Source: the human T2T-CHM13v2.0 reference genome, Homo sapiens
NCBI RefSeq assembly: GCF_009914755.1
Contig: NC_060927.1
Strand: one strand, 5' to 3'
Length of the DNA stretch: 64,000 nt
Within the stretch, counting starts at the first letter, position 1. Every line of letters starts with the position of its first letter. Shown one piece after another: positions 39,492 to 55,767 of this stretch. The notes under the pieces are model-generated. The model did no database searches and was not told the origin of the DNA. It saw only the letters and a list, made by a program, of their open reading frames with translations. A program made the translations under genes and the position numbers.

Positions 39492-40419
39492 TCATCATAA
39501 GGAGAACCTTAGTTAACAGCTCTAAAGTGCTGCCCTCACAGTGAACACTCAAATATCAGTTATTACTGTTGGAAGGGAGAAGGTACTGGAGCTGGAGTAG
39601 ACGCCAGAGGGCCTGAATGTCTAGCATTAGTGTAACAACCCTTGTAGAAAGCATTTATCCATATGACTCTGCCCAAGCTGTCTTTGGCCATTTACATCTG
39701 GCATATACCACATACCTCTTTAAGTGTGTCATTCACTAACTACATTGAGCTCCCGGTGGGCAGGAAAACAAGTGTCCTAATCCAGCACAGAGTCTCAACA
39801 GGTACCCCAGCAGGTACTTGACAAGTACTTAATTGACTCTGCTTCCTGCCTATATGGAGAGTGGACTGGACTCAAAATGTCAATCCTACAAACTCCATTT
39901 AAATGGGCTTTTCTAGAAGTGGGGCTAGATCAGGACATAGTCATCAAAACCAGGGATAGACATGGGTTTCTGTGGGCCATCTGGGCAACAATACACTTGA
40001 GGTGTCACCCCTTCCGCAGGCAGGAGTATCCTCATGCTTGCTGTCAGGGAGCTCTCTGTTCACTCAGAGCAGAAGCACCTTCCCTGCCCACTCCAGAGCT
40101 CCAGGCCCGTGGGGGCTCCATTGGAATCCGAGCCAGCAGTCAGTGCCCTTCCTAAGGAAGGCTCTAAGGCCATGCTGGCTCAGCGTCACCAGTCTGGGCT
40201 GCCTCCTGCACCACCTTGAGTATTTAGAGACCAGCTCAGCTCATGGTCCTAGCTTCTTACTGTAACTTCATGGCCATCTGTGCTAAAACTATGCAGTTAC
40301 ACAATTTAAACTGGAGAATCCTGTGTCCCTGTAGTTCATCTGTGTATTCAGCAAGTTTTCCTGAGGGTCTACTATATTTCTGGGCCTTGACCACATTCTT
40401 AAAATACTGAATCTTAAAA

Positions 40420-40625
40420 TAGCTGACACACCATTATTGAGCTACTATTCTAAGTGCCTTAAATCCATTGTCTATTTTAATTCAGTGAGGTTGGTGTTAT
40501 CTCTGTTTTACAGATGAGGAAAAATGAGGCACAGAAATGAAGTAACTTGCCTGAGATCACAGAGTGAGCTGCAAGGCCTGGATGAAGACCTGAAGCCAGG
40601 TCTGTCTAACAGAGAGTAGGCATCC
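40420..40625 (-). mobile_element. MIR
   Basis: ttttacagatgaggaaaaatgaggcacagaaatgaagtaacttgcc. Confidence 0.7.
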
Positions 40626-41074
40626 TAAACATGATGCTTGCTGACTTTCCCTACCTCTACTTAATCTATTTATCTTCTCTGGCTTTATGACTCTTGCTCA
40701 TGTCACCCTTACTACCTAAATTCAAAAGATTTAGACTAGCTGTATCTTGCCTATTTCATGACTCTTCTAGACCAGGATTGATATGACAGAGAACCAATCC
40801 CCTGATGCTAAATAAAAAAGGTGAAATCCAGGTTAGGCTTAATAACATCCCCTTTCAGCAGCCCCCACCTCCCTTCTCCCCTACTTGTTCTTCCAAGTTT
40901 TTCCGTCTTTTTTCTATCTTCTCCCCACTGTGCCCACTCAGGTATCCCATGGGCTCCCCAGCTCAATCCCAAACTGAACTCCCCTGCTTCCTGAATTCCC
41001 TACCAGGGCTTTACACTGAGCTGCCTGCACTCACGTTGAAAACCTGTCATCCACGTAAGAAGGGTTATTATAAC

Positions 41075-41208
41075 ACAGTGGTTTAAATACGGGCTCTGCA
41101 TCCAGACTGCCTGGGTTCAAATCCTGGATCTGTCTCTGCCAGGTGTGGTTACTTAACCTAGCTCTGTCTCAGTTTCTTCCTCTGCAAGAGAATAAAAACA
41201 GTACCTAA
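41075..41208 (+). mobile_element. MIR
   Basis: cagtggttta...ccagactgcctgggttcaaatcctgg...ctcagtttcttcctctgcaa. Confidence 0.75.
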
Positions 41209-41209
41209 C

Positions 41210-42703
41210 AAAAAGGAAGGTGTTTTTGCAACAAATGGGGCTAGAACAACGGATATCCACAGGGGCAAAAAAGAAATCTTGATCCCTACTTCACACTATA
41301 CACAAAAATTAATTTGAGATGGATGACAAACCTAAACATAAAAACTATAGTTATAAAGCTTCTAGATGAAAAAATGGTGATTATCTTGGTAATTTTGGGG
41401 GTGGTAAAAGTTTCTTTGGACACAGAAAAAAAAATAGCCTTGCCAAAAAAAAAAAAAAAAAAAGGTAAAACTTCTGCTCTAAGAAAGAAAATGAATAGGC
41501 AAGCTACAAATTAGAAAAACATGTTTGCAAATCACGTATCTGATAAAGAACTGGTATTCAGAATAAAAAATTCCTACAACTCAACAATAAAAAGACAATT
41601 CAAATTTTTAAATGGGCAAAATACTTGAATAATATTTCAAAAAGAAAGATACATAAATGGCCAATAGGCACATAATAGTGCTTAATATCCTTAATTATTA
41701 GGGAAATGCAAATTACAACTATAATAGGATACTGCCATAGCAGTATCCACAAGAATGACTAGAATTAAAAAGACTGACAATACCAAATGTTGATGACGAT
41801 GTGAAGCAACTAGATTCTGATACATTGGAAATATAGGTGTATAAATGTGGAAACAGACACTTTGGCAGTTTCTTACAAAACTAAACATAGACTCATCTTA
41901 TGACCTAGCAATTCCACTCCTAGATATTTACCCAAGAGAAATGAAAACATATGTCTACCCAAAAAGACCTATACAAAAATATTCATAGCAGCTTTATTCA
42001 TAATAGCCAAACTGGAAACAACTTTTTTTCCAAAAACTGGAAATGGGATAAGTAAACTGTGGTATAGCCATAAACAAAATACTCTTTAGCAATTAAAAGG
42101 AACGGACTGATACACAAAACAACATGGATAAATCTCAAAAACAGGCCAAATGAAAGAAACATTAAGCCAAAGAATATATACCATACAATTTCATTTATGT
42201 GAAGTTCTAGGAGAGACAAAACAAATCTGTGCCTTAAATATTAGAATAATGGTTGCATCTGGAGGGTGGGGACAGAAATTGGAAAGAAATACAAAGGAAT
42301 TCTGTAGGATGATGGTAATGTCCAAATCTTGAAAGGGGTTTGGGTTTCACAGGTGCATGCTTTTGTCCAAAGTCATCCAATGGTATGCTTAAGATTTGTT
42401 CATTTCACTATAAATAAGTTTTACCTCAAAAGAAAAAATAACGTAAACAATATTCAACTCAAGGTAATGGTATGCATGCTTAAGTATTTAGGGGAATGTA
42501 CAATTTCCTAATGTCTGTGACTTAAACATATCACAAAAACAAGATGGACTGATTGACGATGGAAGGATGGACAGATAGGTGATAAAACAAATACAGGAAA
42601 ATGTTAACTTTAGAATCTAGGTGGAGGGAATATATGTATTCACCATACATGTGTTTAAACTTTGCTGTATACTTGAAAATTTTTATAACAAAATTATAGA
42701 AAT
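41210..42703 (+). mobile_element. L1ME1-like 3' portion
   Basis: Decayed ORF2 C-terminus plus long 3' UTR ending aactttgctgtatacttgaaaatttttataacaaaatt. Confidence 0.78.
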
Positions 42704-42732
42704 TAGTCCCTACAAAGTAAGAGTGTTCCTGG

Positions 42733-42960
42733 TGCTTTGGGAGGCTGAGACAGGAGGATTGCTTGAGGCCAGGAGCTTGAGACCAGCCTGGGCAACATAG
42801 TGAGATCCTGTCTTTACAAAAAGTAAAAAAATTAGCCAGGCACGGTGGCATGTGCCTGTAGCTCCAGCTACTCGGGAAGCTAAAAGCAGGAGGATCGTTT
42901 GAGCCCAGGAGTTCGAGACTGCAACCACTGCACTCTAGCTTGAGTGACAGACTCCATCTC
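42733..42960 (+). mobile_element. AluJ, truncated and internally deleted
   Basis: ggattgcttgaggccaggag...gagcccaggagttcgagactgca; no tail. Confidence 0.85.
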
Positions 42961-43807
42961 TACATATATGTGATTGTTGCATCATCTTTTACATTCTCTT
43001 TTTTGTCACCTCTCACATGGGCCCAAACACCTGCTAACCTCACAATCACTCACATCCCTCCCCTTGCTGGCTTTCCTGCAGTTTCTAGCTTGGTTCAGGC
43101 CCTGGTTGCATACCTGGATTTCAAATCTCTGTTTTGCCTATCTGTGGGGTTCCCTACTCCAATCTGGTTTGAATGTCACTGGCAAGTCAATCTTCCTAGT
43201 TCACAGCTCCTATTACATGTACTCTGCTGCTCAACAATATTTGATGACTCTTCATTAATGAATAATATCTATACTCAGTGTCCTGTAACAAGGCCCTTAC
43301 ATTCTAGCCTTATTCTGCCATTGTCCTAGGAAAATACAGAAATTATTAGCTATCATCAAACCAGATTACCAGTATTCCCTAACATACCATACAACTTCTA
43401 TCTCCATACTCATGTCTCTTCCACAGGAATCTATTCCTAACCCACAGCTTTCAGCAGTGCAGAATATGAATGGAAACTGGTTAGAAAACTTTGGCCTTAA
43501 TAGACAGGAGTTTCAAGTCTTCCTGTAGCTACTTAGCAGTGCTAAGCCAGCCACAGAAAACACCCATTCCCTGTGTTCGTGCATTCATTCACTTGCTTGC
43601 TAACTTGCTTAGTACTTATTGTGTGCCAGATAATGTGCTAGGTGCTTCAAAAAACAAACATGGCAGACTCTGTCCTGAAGAAGCTCCATTAGTGAAGAGT
43701 GAGGTAGAGAACAGGTGTAATTCACCATAAGTCCTGATCTGAAGGTGGCAGATTTTTACTTCAGGTTAACTTTAGATTGAGACCGGTGAGAAAGTGGTAA
43801 GATTCTT

Positions 43808-44311
43808 GTGGCAGTTTTAAAACATGGTCTCAAAATCTTTGACACTCCTCCTACCAAGGTGCAGGCTTATGGCTGCTTTGATCAACAGAGTACGGCAAAA
43901 AGCAACACTATGTGACTTCTGAGGCCAGGTAATAAAAGACCAGGGAGTCTTCACCTGGCTCTCATGGAATGCTCCTTCTGGGAACACTTGCTCCAGGAAC
44001 CCAGCCACCATGCTGTGAGGAAGCCCAAGCCACATGGAGAGGCCATATGTAGGCACTCTGGCTCCAGGTATCCCAGCTGAGCCCAGCCTTCAAGTTGTCT
44101 CAGTCTAGAAGCCAGGTGGTAAGTGAAGAAGCCTCCAAATGATCCAAGCCCCTAGCTGTTTGAGTCACCTCAGCTTTTCAGGTCTTCACAAGCCATTCCC
44201 ACTGTGTCCTGTTCAAATTCCTGACCCACAGAACCCCAGAGCATAACAAAATGATTGTTGTCTTATGCCACTGTTTGGGAGAGTTTTCTCCCAGCAATTG
44301 ATGACTGGAAC
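43808..44311 (+). mobile_element. MLT1G/H-type solo LTR
   Basis: tgtggcag...tctttgacactcctcc; gccaccatgctgtgaggaagcccaagc; ends gactggaaca. Confidence 0.8.
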
Positions 44312-44454
44312 AAACCCTGCAGAAATAGGTGCTACTTATGGCAGGACCCTGGGCAGTCTTGGCTAGGGGGCTGGAGCCAGGGAGGATTGAGACCTTTCAA
44401 AGAATATAACTGGTACACCCCCTTTAAATTTTCACCCAATTTATCAAGTTTACC

Positions 44455-44740
44455 ACATCTTCATTTATTCAACAAATACGTATGGAGTGCCTGGTATGTG
44501 ATAGGCATTATTTTAGAATTGGATAAAAATCCTTGCCCTCAAGGAGCTTACTGTTTAGTGGGAAAAACAGACAATTAGTGAGGAAAATACATAAAATGTA
44601 AACCATGTTGGATAGGGGATAAGTATAAGGAGAAAAATTAAAACTGAAAGAGGGGACATGAAATATCAGGATGAGGTTGAAATTTTAGAGAGGCCAGGAA
44701 AGGCCTCATGGAGAGGTGACTTGAATAAAGTCTTGTTGGA
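44455..44740 (-). mobile_element. L2 3' end
   Basis: ttcatttattcaacaaatacgtatggagtgcc...ccttgccctcaaggagctta. Confidence 0.7.
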
Positions 44741-45335
44741 AAGACCTGGGATGGAAAATACCACATTGTCCCCTCCCCAGTACCCACCCATATCAGCTGC
44801 TCACACCTCGTCACCCAGACAGACCTCAGGACAACCCTTAGAGTCAAGGAGCTTGGGTGTCTCTAAAATGTTACCTCTCCTGTTAGAATTATATAATGCC
44901 AAACAGAAAGGGACGTCAGAAGCTATGCAGTCCCTCCCTCCTCACCCTTCAATGGGGAAACTGAGGCCATGGTGTTCCAGGTAGCCTGAGACTTAACCTG
45001 AGATCTGCATGTCTGCCCAGTCCCGTTATTTCTATGACTCCCCACTGGCTCCTAGAACACCCCTTTCCCTCGGTGGCTAAGCTCTTTCTGCTATGGCTGC
45101 ATCATCCCAGCTAGAAGCACCTAATACTTATCAGTGACTAGTTTTGTGACAAATCCTTAGGGTAAGTGGGGCTGGGGAGGCCAAGAACAGAAGCAGCACT
45201 GGCCCCAGACAACTGTCCAGCATTCCCACCAGTGACACTACCACTGTCCATAATTTTCTCCACCAACAGCCCCATCCACGGTGTAGTCTGTGATATGAAA
45301 AATGGACATGTTCCATTTTCTCTTCCCAATCCATC

Positions 45336-45850
45336 TGTCATGGGTTGAAGTGTGTCCCCCCAAAAATCTTATTGAAGTCCTAACCTCTGGTACCTGTGAA
45401 TGTGGCCTGGTTTGGAAATAGGGTATTTGCAGATATAATCAGGTTAAGATGAAGTCATACTGAATTAGGATGGGATTTAATCCAATGACTAGTATCCAAA
45501 AAAAAAAAAAAAAAAACCAGGAGGAAATTTGGATGCATTGGACGCAGACACACAGAGAGGAGGACATCATGTGAACATACACTGACACAGAGGGGAGAAG
45601 TCCATGTGAAGATGGATGCAGAGACTGGAGTGATACACATGCACCCAAGGAATGCCAAGGACTGCTGGCAGCCACTAGAAGCCAGAAGAGTCAAGGAAGG
45701 ATCCTCCCAGAACCTTCAGAGGAAAGCTTGACTCTGTTTGAACCCCTGATTTCAGACTTCCAGCCTCTGGAGCTGTGAGAAAATGAATTTCCATTGTTTT
45801 GAGCCACCTGGCTGTGGTACTTTGTTACACAACCCAAACAAATGCATACA
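45336..45850 (+). mobile_element. MLT1C-like solo LTR
   Basis: tgtcatgggttgaagtgtgtccccc ... ggtacctgtgaatgtg ... gccaaggaatgcc-like ... ataca. Confidence 0.85.
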
Positions 45851-48719
45851 CTCTCCTACATAAAAAGTCTGAAGCCACACATGGTTCCCATACAGTCTTC
45901 CTCCCTACAGTCCTCAGGTCCACAGCTCATAAGCAACTCCTGCCTCCCCCAACACCACTCCTTCTTATCTACCTGCTGTGTACATGCAAAGACTCCCACA
46001 GAGCCCTACAGAAAGTGAGTTGAGAGGTCAGCCATTCCTAGAGTTTTTAGTACAGTTTGCTGATTAGCCGGGTCCTATGTCTTGCTGTAGGCACAACCTA
46101 GTTTATAAAGTTTGGCTCCAACCAGTCTAGGATCTGTTGGTCTTTTTGAAAGGTGATAATTATAATCCTCAATGACTGATAAATGACTGGTATATGCCCT
46201 CTGATGGGCTGAGAGGTTGCACAGAAGTACCACCAGTGGGAGAGAGTTCACTCTCATGGGTCTAGTAGCAGCCTTTTAAATGGGAACCATCCTTCTAAAG
46301 GGCTAGTTGGCAATATGGAACAAAGGCAAAAAAAGAGGATCGTATCTTTTGACCTAGCAATGCTTTTCTTGGAATATAATCCAAGGAAATAATACAACAG
46401 AAAAAATAAACTATTTGGACAAAGATCATTATAACAGTGTTACTTATAATAGTGGAATTAAAAACTGAAAACATTAATTGTGGAACAATTAAAATAGAGT
46501 ATCGTAATAATACCCAACATTTTCTGAGCACTTACTATGTGCCAGGCATTCCCCCAAGCACTTTGCTTGGATTCTCTCATCTAATCCTCACAAAAACTTT
46601 ACAAGTTTGTTGTATTATCCCTGATTCTTTATAGATAAATAAACTTGTTCAAGGTCATACAGTGAGGAAGTAGCAAGTGAGCACTAATTTATACCCTGTG
46701 CTTAGTTTGACTTTATTGTGGCCACCTGATCTTGGACAAATTCCTTTTAACTTCCCTAAACTTTGGGCCATCAACTACAAAGTGGGAACAAGAACAATAT
46801 CATAAGATTGACAAAGATTAAATGCAAAATGTACAAATAAACTGTAAAACATTATCCAAATGAGAAGTATTTATAGCAAAATAATAACTGAATATTTTAT
46901 GTGGCAGGCCTAATTGCAGCCTATTTTACATGCCACGTTGAATAGCTGAAATTTTGTCTTTTAGGTAGCAGGGGATTAACATTGTTTTTAACCAGGGGTG
47001 TCACAATGAGATCTGTGTTTCAATACTGTTTTCAGGTACAATAATACAAGATTATCTCAGGGTGACAAAATTGGAACTTTATCTAGTTCTTGATCCTTAA
47101 CAAGTTTTATGAGCTCTCCAGTAAAAGCCTTGGTCTGATTGTCCCAGAAGGCAATGAGGCCTCAGTCTGGGGTGAGCAGGGCGGCCTAGGAGCTGTAGTG
47201 CCCTTAACTCACAGACTCTGCAGGAAAGCAGGGTCCTCATCCCCTAACACGTGTGCAAAAGGGTCTTGAACCTTGTCAAGAGGAAAGCAGAAACCTCAGA
47301 ACACATGAAAAGGTGGTGGTGTTCTGAAGGCAGTTGGAGGTGACTCTCCTCACTCCTCCCACACTGGGTAGTCATAAGGAGGGTTATTATTATCAACAGG
47401 TCCAAGAGGCCTTAAATTTTCCCATTAAATCCAAGGCAATTATGCAACTAATTCCTCTAAACCAGGACTGGCACAGCTCCAGGTTCCTATCCCAGTGAAC
47501 CTGGCTGAACAATGAAAGACAAGAGGCCCAAACAACCTAAGGCATCATCCAGACCTAGGGTGGTCTTGCTCCAGAGCAGAATCAGAGGCTTGGCCCTTGA
47601 ATCACCCCTCCCCATCTTTCAGCTCTGAAATATTCTAGGCAGGAAAAGGGGACCAGCACACCCTCTCCATATCCCAGTCTGCAAATGGATTCTCCCATGT
47701 TTTCAAGTCGTTTTGCACTTCTGTTGTCCACCACTCTGCTCACCTCTGTCAGCCCAGGAGAGAAAGTGAGGGACTTAACATACCCCTCACAACAATTCTG
47801 GGAAGTTGTTACATCTCCATTTTATAAGGGAGTGAACTGAAGTTCAGAGTAGTTAAATAATGTGCCCAGATTCACCCATCTAATAAGTTCTTGAGCTGGG
47901 ATTGAAACCCAGGTCTGTTAGCTCCAGGACCTTCCCATCAACTGCCCACCCAGCCCTCCCAATCAATTAGGAAAATTGGCTAAGATGGACGATGAAATCT
48001 ACCTGTGCAAAATCCATTTGTAATGCCTTGTCACATGGCTCTATCTAGTCCACACTCCACAGGCATGAAGGTCACTTAGGAGCCAGAAGGGCATGGACCC
48101 TCCTGCTCTGCCCCTTCCCACACACAGGCACACTCTTCTATAAAAGGATCTAGAAAGCCATGGTCCTGGAAAGGGGTCAATCAAGCCCTTTTAGAACACC
48201 AGCACTGGGCTGGCACCTGGAGGCCTGAATTCCTGAGCCTGCCAGCTATGGTGCCAACCACATCCCCCAGAAAAAGGACAGAGAGTAATTAGAAAGCAAT
48301 GCCTCACAGACCAAACATGAGTCACATTTCTAAAAGAGTCTCAAAATGAAAGATCAGCCTGGGGCCTGCAGTGACAGCACTTGAGCCCAACTCCTCCACC
48401 CAACCTCCGTTTCTTCTAGGCTCCTGGGGGGACCAAAAAGGAAGCTGCAGCAGAGTACCACTGAAGGGCACAGGTGTTTCCACCCAGCCACAAAGGTTCA
48501 CTAGCCATCTACCATATACCTGACAGGAGATCAGAGATGGCCCTATTGTGGCCCTACCCCTGAGAAGCTCATGGCTCAGTGACAATGCAAGCTGAGAAAC
48601 AAAGACAGGGCCAGCACAGACCAGATGCTCTAAACCAAGTGGAATTTATCTCAAGAATACAACTTGTCTGGAACAGTTGAAAATCAATCAATGTAATTCA
48701 CCACATTAGTAGACTAAAG

Positions 48720-48952
48720 CAGGTAGGTGTAGGCAAACTATGGCCCATGGGCCAAATCCAGCTTGTTGTCTATTTTTGTAAACCAGGTTTACTGAAACAC
48801 ATCCATGCCCATTCATTTACATGTTATCTACAGCTCCTTCCGTGCTCCAATGGCAGAGATGAATACCTGTGACAGAGATGGTATAGCCTGCAAAGTTGAA
48901 AATATTTTCTATCTGTATCTGCCTCTTTACAGAAAAAGTCCACCAGCTCCTG
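48720..48952 (+). mobile_element. MER58A (hAT-Charlie), preceded by an 84-bp L1 ORF2 fragment
   Basis: ggcaaactatggcccatgggccaaatcc ... tttacagaaaaagtccaccagctcctg. Confidence 0.85.
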
Positions 48953-49941
48953 GTCTAAACTATTAGGAGAGAACCCTTTCATCCAACAAAACTGCAGGAA
49001 CTCCAACTCCCTTTCCTCTCCTTTCTACAGACCATATTGGGAGGCAGATGAGCATTAGGGTCCTAGACTGTCAGGGTGGGAAGACCAGGCCACTGCTTCC
49101 CATGAAAGAAACAGTCCATGGTGTGACCGTTCGCCTCCTTCCCATTGGTCCCACCCCCAAGCAGAAGCCTCAGGGCTCCCTGCTGGTAAGGCTTTTACTA
49201 AAGCTCTCCTAATAAATGCTTAGAGGTAGGAAAACTGGTTCTACACCTCCATGTCCCCTTTCCCAACCCAATTGTCCCAGAAAAGGAGAACCCTAGAAAT
49301 TATCAGAAAAGAAGAAAGGTCTCAAATCAATGATCTAAGCATTCACTTTAGCAAACTAGAAAAGGAAGAGCAACTGAACCCAAAACAAGCAGAATATATG
49401 ATAAAGAAAAACCAATGAATCTGGAAACAAAAAACATTGAGAAAACTCAAACCAACAAACACCTGGTTCTTTGAAAGAACCAATAAAATTCACAAACTGC
49501 TAGCCAGATTGACCAAGAGCAAAAGAGAAGATACAAACTATAAATATCAGGAATAGAAAATGAGACATTACTACAATTCCTAAAGAAATTAAAAGGATAA
49601 TAAGTTAATATTATGAACATTTATAAATATTCTGTCTTTTAGATTAAATAGACAAATTATCCCAAAGATACAAACTACCGAAAATCACTCAAGAAGAAAC
49701 AAATAACCTGGACAGTCCTATATTTATTAAATAATTTAATTTGCTGTTGAAAATCATGCCGCAAAACAACTTCAGGCTCAGGTGTCACTGGCAAATTCTA
49801 CCAAAACTTTCAGGAATAAATAACAACAGTTTTATGCAAACTCTTCCAGAAAATAGAAGAAGGAACACTTTCCAACTCATAAGGCTACCAATATACCCTG
49901 ACACCAAAACCAGACAAAGACATCGGATCAATATCCTTCAT

Positions 49942-49955
49942 GAATATAGACACAA
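49942..49955 (+). repeat. 5' target-site duplication of L1HS (GAATATAGACACAA)
   Basis: Identical 14-mer at 55995-56008. Confidence 0.97.
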
Positions 49956-50859
49956 GGGGAGGAGCCAAGATGGCCGAATAGGAACAGCTCCGGTCTACAG
50001 CTCCCAGCGTGAGCGACGCAGAAGACGGTGATTTCTGCATTTCCATCTGAGGTACCGGGTTCATCTCACTAGGGAGTGCCAGACAGTGGGCGCAGGCCAG
50101 TGTGTGTGCGCACCGTGCGCGAGCCGAAGCAGGGCGAGGCATTGCCTCACCTGGGAAGCGCAAGGGGTCAGGGAGTTCCCTTTCCGAGTCAAAGAAAGGG
50201 GTGACGGACGCACCTGGAAAATCGGGTCACTCCCACTCGAATATTGCGCTTTTCAGACCGGCTTAAGAAACGGCGCACCACGAGACTATATCCCACACCT
50301 GGCTCGGAGGGTCCTACGCCCACGGAATCTCGCTGATTGCTAGCACAGCAGTCTGAGATCAAACTGCAAGGCGGCAACGAGGCTGGGGGAGGGGCGCCCG
50401 CCATTGCCCAGGCTTGCTTAGGTAAACAAAGCAGCCGGGAAGCTCGAACGGGGTGGAGCCCACCACAGCTCAAGGAGGCCTGCCTGCCTCTGTAGGCTCC
50501 ACCTCTGGGGGCAGGGCACAGACAAACAAAAAGACAGCAGTAACCTCTGCAGACTTAAGTGTCCCTGTCTGACAGCTTTGAAGAGAGCAGTGGTTCTCCC
50601 AGCACGCAGCTGGAGATCTGAGAACGGGCAGACTGCCTCCTCAAGTGGGTCCCTGACTCCTGACCCCCGAGCAGCCTAACTGGGAGGCACCCCCCAGCAG
50701 GGGCACACTGACACCTCACACGGCAGGGTATTCCAACAGACCTGCAGCTGAGGGTCCTGTCTGTTAGAAGGAAAACTAACAACCAGAAAGGACATCTACA
50801 CCGAAAACCCATCTGTACATCACCATCATCAAAGACCAAAAGTAGATAAAACCACAAAG
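49956..50859 (+). promoter_or_regulatory. L1 5' UTR: CpG-rich internal sense promoter with intact YY1 site, plus antisense promoter
   Basis: YY1 motif CAAGATGGCCG at 49966-49976; SOX-type AAACAAA near 50424 and 50524; CpG density far above the rest of the window. Confidence 0.92.
50189..50404 (-). CDS. L1 ORF0 (71 aa, antisense)
   Basis: MAGAPPPASLPPCSLISDCC...RHPFL; splice donors CAG|gtgtgg (after nt 106, at 50299) and CAG|gtgcgt (after nt 191, at 50214). Confidence 0.9.
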   Translation of the reverse strand: MAGAPPPASLPPCSLISDCCASNQRDSVGVGPSEPGVGYSLVVRRFLSRSEKRNIRVGVTRFSRCVRHPFL

Positions 50860-51876
50860 ATGGGGAAAAAACAGAACAGAAAAACTGGAAACTCTAAAAC
50901 GCAGAGTGCCTCTCCTCCTCCAAAGGAACGCAGTTCCTCACCAGCAACAGAACAAAGCTGGATGGAGAATGATTTTGACGAGCTGAGAGAAGAAGGCTTC
51001 AGACGATCAAATTACTCTGAGCTACGGGAGGACATTCAAACCAAAGGCAAAGAAGTTGAAAACTTTGAAAAAAATTTAGAAGAATGTATAACTAGAATAA
51101 CCAATACAGAGGAGTGCTTAAAGGAGCTGATGGAGCTGAAAACCAAGGCTCGAGAACTACGTGAAGAATGCAGAAGCCTCAGGAGCCGATGCGATCAACT
51201 GGAAGAAAGGGTATCAGCAATGGAAGATGAAATGAATGAAATGAAGCGAGAAGGGAAGTTTAGAGAAAAAAGAATAAAAAGAAATGAGCAAAGCCTCCAA
51301 GAAATATGGGACTATGTGAAAAGACCAAATCTACGTCTGATTGGTGTACCTGAAAGTGATGTGGAGAATGGAACCAAGTTGGAAAACACTCTGCAGGATA
51401 TTATCCAGGAGAACTTCCCCAATCTAGCAAGGCAGGCCAACGTTCAGATTCAGGAAATACAGAGAACGCCACAAAGATACTCCTCGAGAAGAGCAACTCC
51501 AAGACACATAATTGTCAGATTCACCAAAGTTGAAATGAAGGAAAAAATGTTAAGGGCAGCCAGAGAGAAAGGTCGGGTTACCCTCAAAGGAAAGCCCATC
51601 AGACTAACAGCGGATCTCTCGGCAGAAACCCTACAAGCCAGAAGAGAGTGGGGGCCAATATTCAACATTCTTAAAGAAAAGAATTTTCAACCCAGAATTT
51701 CATATCCAGCCAAACTAAGCTTCATAAGTGAAGGAGAAATAAAATACTTTATAGACAAGCAAATGTTGAGAGATTTTGTCACCACCAGGCCTGCCCTAAA
51801 AGAGCTCCTGAAGGAAGCGCTAAACATGGAAAGGAACAACCGGTACCAGCCGCTGCAAAATCATGCCAAAATGTAA
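50860..51876 (+). CDS. L1 ORF1p, RNA-binding chaperone (338 aa)
   Basis: Full length; coiled coil, RRM and CTD; REKG, ARR and YPAKLS motifs intact. Confidence 0.98.
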   Translation: MGKKQNRKTGNSKTQSASPPPKERSSSPATEQSWMENDFDELREEGFRRSNYSELREDIQTKGKEVENFEKNLEECITRITNTEECLKELMELKTKARELREECRSLRSRCDQLEERVSAMEDEMNEMKREGKFREKRIKRNEQSLQEIWDYVKRPNLRLIGVPESDVENGTKLENTLQDIIQENFPNLARQANVQIQEIQRTPQRYSSRRATPRHIIVRFTKVEMKEKMLRAAREKGRVTLKGKPIRLTADLSAETLQARREWGPIFNILKEKNFQPRISYPAKLSFISEGEIKYFIDKQMLRDFVTTRPALKELLKEALNMERNNRYQPLQNHAKM

Positions 51877-51915
51877 AGACCATCGAGACTAGGAAGAAAC
51901 TGCATCAACTAATGA

Positions 51916-55767
<3,852 letters not shown>

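Noticed and set aside
49741-50343. ORFs across the L1HS 5' junction and 5' UTR
   Set aside because: Incidental frames over old L1, TSD and UTR; only ORF0 is supported.
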